A stretch of 64,000 nucleotides of DNA. It comes from a virus. The position numbers and the translations under genes are program-made. Positions 60,553 through 64,000 of the stretch are shown here, one piece after another (within the stretch, counting starts at the first letter, position 1; every line of letters begins with the position of its first letter). The notes below the pieces were generated by a model, which saw only the letters and a list, made by a program, of their open reading frames with translations, ran no database searches and had not been told where the DNA came from. The stretch covers positions 1-64,000 of IMG/VR virus record IMGVR_UViG_3300045988_089199; one strand, given 5' to 3'.

Positions 60553-61293
60553 TTAAATTGAAGCTATAATACGTTGTGCTAATGGTCTTAATCTCTCATA
60601 CCAACCAACACGCTCTGCATCTTTTATTTGTGTACCATACATTTCAATATATAATTGTGTTACCTTTTGTGCCATATTTTCAAGTTCTTTGTTAGTTAAT
60701 CGCTTTTTAGGTTCATTACCATGTTGATATGCTATTAAATTATTTTCCTTATAATAATGTAAAATATAGTCCTGTTCTGTCATAGGTTTTAATAATTCCC
60801 AATTTTCCCATTGTAGATCATCGATCCATGGTATCGCATATACATCCCCATCAAATACATCTTGCTTGTTGTATTGTGGTTTATGTTTATTAATTAAATA
60901 TCGTTCAGCAACCATTTGGTTGGCTTTATTATTAATTCTCACACATTTAATAGCAGCAACTTTATCATAACATTCCTGTACTAAATGTCCATCTTTCGTA
61001 AAATGTTCACGAGTTAATCTTGTTAATAATCTATTTGTTTTTCCAACATATATTATAGTTCCATATTTATCATAAAATAAATATAACCAAGAACCACTAT
61101 ATTTATTTTTCATATCTTCCTTATATTGTTTATAGGCTTCCTTAGCCTCATTCATAGCTAAATTATGTTTTAAGTTCCAATTCTTCACTGTCTTATAATA
61201 TTCGTAGTTTATATATTCTTCTGCATGCTCTTGTATTTCTTCTTCAGATAAAGTTGTAAAGTCCCCATATATTTCATTGAAAGTTATTTTCAT
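60553..61293 (-). CDS. GIY-YIG domain nuclease (free-standing, putative homing endonuclease)
   Basis: WLYLFYDKYGTIIYVGKTNRLLTRLTREH ... AERYLINKHKPQYN, with the GIY, YxG, R, E and N elements in order. Confidence 0.65.
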   Translation of the reverse strand: MKITFNEIYGDFTTLSEEEIQEHAEEYINYEYYKTVKNWNLKHNLAMNEAKEAYKQYKEDMKNKYSGSWLYLFYDKYGTIIYVGKTNRLLTRLTREHFTKDGHLVQECYDKVAAIKCVRINNKANQMVAERYLINKHKPQYNKQDVFDGDVYAIPWIDDLQWENWELLKPMTEQDYILHYYKENNLIAYQHGNEPKKRLTNKELENMAQKVTQLYIEMYGTQIKDAERVGWYERLRPLAQRIIASI

Positions 61294-61333
61294 ATATAAA
61301 ACCCCCCATAATAATTATATCTCTTTTAATATA

Positions 61334-61362
61334 ATTATATTATATGGGAGGTTATTATGCAA
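61334..61362 (-). promoter_or_regulatory. sigma-A-type promoter, copy A4
   Basis: TTGCAT (61362..61357), 17-nt spacer, TATAAT (61339..61334). About 40 nt upstream of the GIY-YIG gene. Confidence 0.5.
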
Positions 61363-61365
61363 CAA

Positions 61366-61797
61366 CTATTTTATATATCCTTTATATTTTTCTTTTAATT
61401 CTTTACCTCTCTCAGCTATATCTCGTCTAAGCTCTGTTATTGTGTCCATATAATCTTTTTCCTTCTTATTTACTCTATCTTGTATCTCTTGTGGTACAAA
61501 TCCACGTATTTTAATTTGTTCATTTACATCATATCTATTCTTATATTGGATCTTTGTAAAAGTTTCTAAGAGATCTTGTAGTTGTGCCATCTCTCTACGT
61601 AGTTGATTATCAGTTACTACAGTTACATACTGTTTACCACATCTACATTCAAACCCTCTAATAATTATACATCCTTTTAGTAGCATTAATTCTTTTTCTC
61701 TTGGGTAAAACTCTCTACCACATTTATCACATTTAGCTTTAAATTTTAATTGTTTTTCCCCTTTACGTCCTTTAGTCCATCCACCTTGTTTACTCAT
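61366..61797 (-). CDS. zinc-ribbon protein
   Basis: CDKCG...CRCG motifs followed by a coiled-coil C-terminus. ATG at 61797 after GGGAGG. Confidence 0.5.
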   Translation of the reverse strand: MSKQGGWTKGRKGEKQLKFKAKCDKCGREFYPREKELMLLKGCIIIRGFECRCGKQYVTVVTDNQLRREMAQLQDLLETFTKIQYKNRYDVNEQIKIRGFVPQEIQDRVNKKEKDYMDTITELRRDIAERGKELKEKYKGYIK

Positions 61798-61824
61798 ATC
61801 AATCAACCTCCCAAATTTTTTATT

Positions 61825-61861
61825 CTATATATAGTATAGAAAATTATTCAGTTTTGCTAAT
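61825..61861 (-). promoter_or_regulatory. class B promoter motif, copy 14 (overlaps the portal gene end)
   Basis: ATTAGCAAAACTGAATAATTTTCTATACTATATATAG. The portal stop lies inside the motif. Confidence 0.5.
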
Positions 61862-63436
61862 TGATCCTCTAAAATCTGTCATACTATTTTGTGTCATGTT
61901 GACTTTATCCATCTCATCTAATATCTCATCAAATTCTTTATCAGCTTCCTCAGCTGAACCAAACTCTCTAATATAACTTTGTTTACTACGTACATTTGCT
62001 TCTACTTCTTTTATTGCTATTGTCTTAGTATCAATCTCATCATCTGGAATTGGATAGTTATGAGTTAAATCTAAACTTACTTTGTACTGCATAGCTTGAT
62101 TGATAGAAGGGTCATCTGGATATAAATTACTCTTTAATACGATTTCCTCAATTAATTTTAGCATCCATAGAATAGCTTCATCCCATGCGGACCATTTTTC
62201 TTCACAACGTGTAATAAGGTCATCATATAACATACGTAGAGCCTTACCACTAGCCACATTTACTAATGATTCTGGTAGTGGTTGTTCCATACACTCATAC
62301 ATATCTTTTTTCAATCTCTCAAGATAAGCATCTGCTGCACCTTGGAAGGTGAACTCGCTACCGACCTTTTGTATAGATGCTTGTTTATAACTACCATTTG
62401 CACTACCCATTCCTAAAGATGTATCTGTTTTAATATCTAAGATTGCCCCGGGTGCCACTACTATTCCTTCAATAGAAGCACTATCTGCATCAATAAAGGC
62501 CGTTTGGTCAAACATTGCAAAACGTAAACTGTCTCTATAATCACTAATAGTTTTATTATAGTCCATTTGCATATCCATTAAGTCTTTTACATCACTACGT
62601 CCTCTAATATCTCCTGTAAGTCCGTCATTAAATATAACTGTACATGGTATGCAGCTTAATCCAGTATTCCACTCACTACGTATTTCCACTTGTTGCATTT
62701 GTTGTTCATCTTGTTGTTCTCCTGCAATACTACTATTAAGTATATTTGGTACTTCTGCATAGGCTATCGTGTTAGTACCGTCTACTACCATATATGTACA
62801 CCAACATTCTTCGCCTCTCATTTCATAGATCCATTTATGCCATCTTTGCTCATTTTGTAGTTTACCTACTGTGCTCTCATCTTGGTAAGCTATTTGCACT
62901 TTGATTAACTTATCACAGTCATTTGGGTCATATTCATATAAGAACTCTGGCATTGTGTAAAATCTAAATTTAATTGGGGCATTGTCTATTGGATTGCCAT
63001 AATCATCTACATCCAACATCAATGCTAATAATACACGTTTACCAATGACACAATCCATAAATGCTTTACTAAACTTATTCCAAAACTTTCCATCATCTAA
63101 TATTTTTTCATAGGCAATTCGTTTATCATCCACCAACGTTGGATCAGTACCATCTACGCTCTTTACTACTATTGTAGGTGGAACACTAGTCATAAATCTT
63201 CCTTGTTTTTTAAGTAGCTTCTTTGTTAAGTTTCTTATCTCTCTTGTTGGTCTATAATCTCTGTCTTTTACTGCCCATAGTTGGCCAGTTGAATCTTCTA
63301 AATCATCTTCTAATTGTTCAGGTCTACCTTCGTAGAACTCGTAGTACGATTTAACCTGTTGTAATTCTTCTAAGAATCTTCTATCTGTACTGTATAGTCC
63401 TACTAATGCTCTATCTATACTGTTATACAAACTCAT
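61844..63436 (-). CDS. portal protein (SPP1 gp6-like)
   Basis: 530-aa ORF immediately downstream of the terminase gene, with an acidic C-terminus. Confidence 0.7.
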   Translation of the reverse strand: MSLYNSIDRALVGLYSTDRRFLEELQQVKSYYEFYEGRPEQLEDDLEDSTGQLWAVKDRDYRPTREIRNLTKKLLKKQGRFMTSVPPTIVVKSVDGTDPTLVDDKRIAYEKILDDGKFWNKFSKAFMDCVIGKRVLLALMLDVDDYGNPIDNAPIKFRFYTMPEFLYEYDPNDCDKLIKVQIAYQDESTVGKLQNEQRWHKWIYEMRGEECWCTYMVVDGTNTIAYAEVPNILNSSIAGEQQDEQQMQQVEIRSEWNTGLSCIPCTVIFNDGLTGDIRGRSDVKDLMDMQMDYNKTISDYRDSLRFAMFDQTAFIDADSASIEGIVVAPGAILDIKTDTSLGMGSANGSYKQASIQKVGSEFTFQGAADAYLERLKKDMYECMEQPLPESLVNVASGKALRMLYDDLITRCEEKWSAWDEAILWMLKLIEEIVLKSNLYPDDPSINQAMQYKVSLDLTHNYPIPDDEIDTKTIAIKEVEANVRSKQSYIREFGSAEEADKEFDEILDEMDKVNMTQNSMTDFRGSISKTE

Positions 63437-63452
63437 TATTACCTACCTCCTT

Positions 63453-64000
63453 TTAATATATTGCACCTTTACCTGAAAGTACTTTAAGTGCATCATCTAA
63501 CGTTCTATAATTAATACTATCTGTCATTACTGCATAACGTATTTTATCCATAGCATGGTCATTCATTTTTAATATTTCTTCCACGCCTTTGTCCAGTTTA
63601 TCTTCGTCCCAACAATAGGACCCAAATTCTTCTATATCACTTTTACAACTTGGATCTAATGTAAACTTATCTTGATTCAATAAATAACTGACTAGTTGTA
63701 TTCCTAGTTCTACGTTGTTCTTAGCTGGTACTACCTTGATATGATGTCTTTGGAAAAATTTATTCTTCTTTACTTCTACTATTAATGGTGCAGCACTTGG
63801 GTCAATTGTTATGTATTCTGGCATTACATTATTCTCCTGTATAAAAGCAATTAAATCTGTCACGTACTCAGCGACAGTCTTTTGTCCTTCTTTTCTACCA
63901 TTATGATAATAACTTGCTATTTGGTGATATCTCTTTGTAGGAGCATAGTAACCAAATATACCAAATGTCGTAGCATTCTGAATACCAAAGTCAGCACTAA
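63453..64000 (-). CDS. terminase large subunit, C-terminal part (partial; continues beyond the window)
   Basis: The frame stays open to the window edge (..FGIFGYYAPTKRYHQIASYYHNGRKEGQ..). Nuclease-domain end motif DHAMDKIRYAV. Confidence 0.75.
   Translation of the reverse strand, partial: SADFGIQNATTFGIFGYYAPTKRYHQIASYYHNGRKEGQKTVAEYVTDLIAFIQENNVMPEYITIDPSAAPLIVEVKKNKFFQRHHIKVVPAKNNVELGIQLVSYLLNQDKFTLDPSCKSDIEEFGSYCWDEDKLDKGVEEILKMNDHAMDKIRYAVMTDSINYRTLDDALKVLSGKGAIY

Noticed and set aside
667-62327. All plus-strand ORFs in the six-frame track (for example 667..876, 3165..3458, 28374..29021, 33574..34089, 52402..53034 and 58323..58841).
   Set aside because: Every one lies entirely inside a longer minus-strand gene with clear motifs, lacks a Shine-Dalgarno sequence, and has the Leu/Ile/Ser/Phe-rich composition typical of antisense frames in AT-rich DNA. 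They are treated as shadow ORFs.

Overview
Strongly AT-rich 64-kb window in which every credible gene lies on the minus strand; the plus-strand ORFs in the track are shadow frames. It reads as one contiguous piece of a large tailed dsDNA phage of a low-GC Gram-positive host (host assignment is inference). Reading the minus strand from 64000 down to 1 gives two modules. (1) A late morphogenesis and lysis module, 64000->31074: terminase large subunit (partial), portal, MuF-like head protein, scaffold, major capsid, connectors, major tail protein, chaperone pair, tape measure, Dit, a 1522-aa multi-hydrolase Tal, several fibre/depolymerase proteins, XhlA-like protein plus holin, and an amidase endolysin. 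(2) A replication, recombination and nucleotide-metabolism module, 30946->129: SNF2 helicase, DnaD-like protein, two DNA methyltransferases, Rha/KilAC antirepressor, DnaC-like loader, DnaB, primase, two small sigma-70-family proteins, class II RNR, gp32-like SSB, family A polymerase, beta clamp, gamma/delta/delta-prime clamp loader, Cas4-like nuclease, RecU, Hjc, RecA, dUTPase and a ThyX-like protein. Main points of interest: (a) 18 same-orientation copies of a rigidly spaced 36-bp intergenic motif (GTTAGTAAA-N13-CTATACTATATAT), interpreted as a phage-specific promoter class. Together with four host-type TTGCAT-N17-TATAAT promoters and the two phage sigma genes it suggests a sigma cascade. (b) Three short promoter-to-terminator units with no ORF, proposed as candidate sRNAs. 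(c) An nrdJ gene split by two group I introns, one carrying a frameshifted HNH gene. (d) A class 3 (Ala1, WCT-motif) LAGLIDADG intein in the P-loop of the SNF2 helicase. (e) Free-standing HNH and GIY-YIG endonuclease genes. (f) A lysis cassette split by a fibre/esterase block that includes a two-gene cassette flanked by 25-bp direct repeats. All functional calls come from motifs read by eye; no database search was possible.
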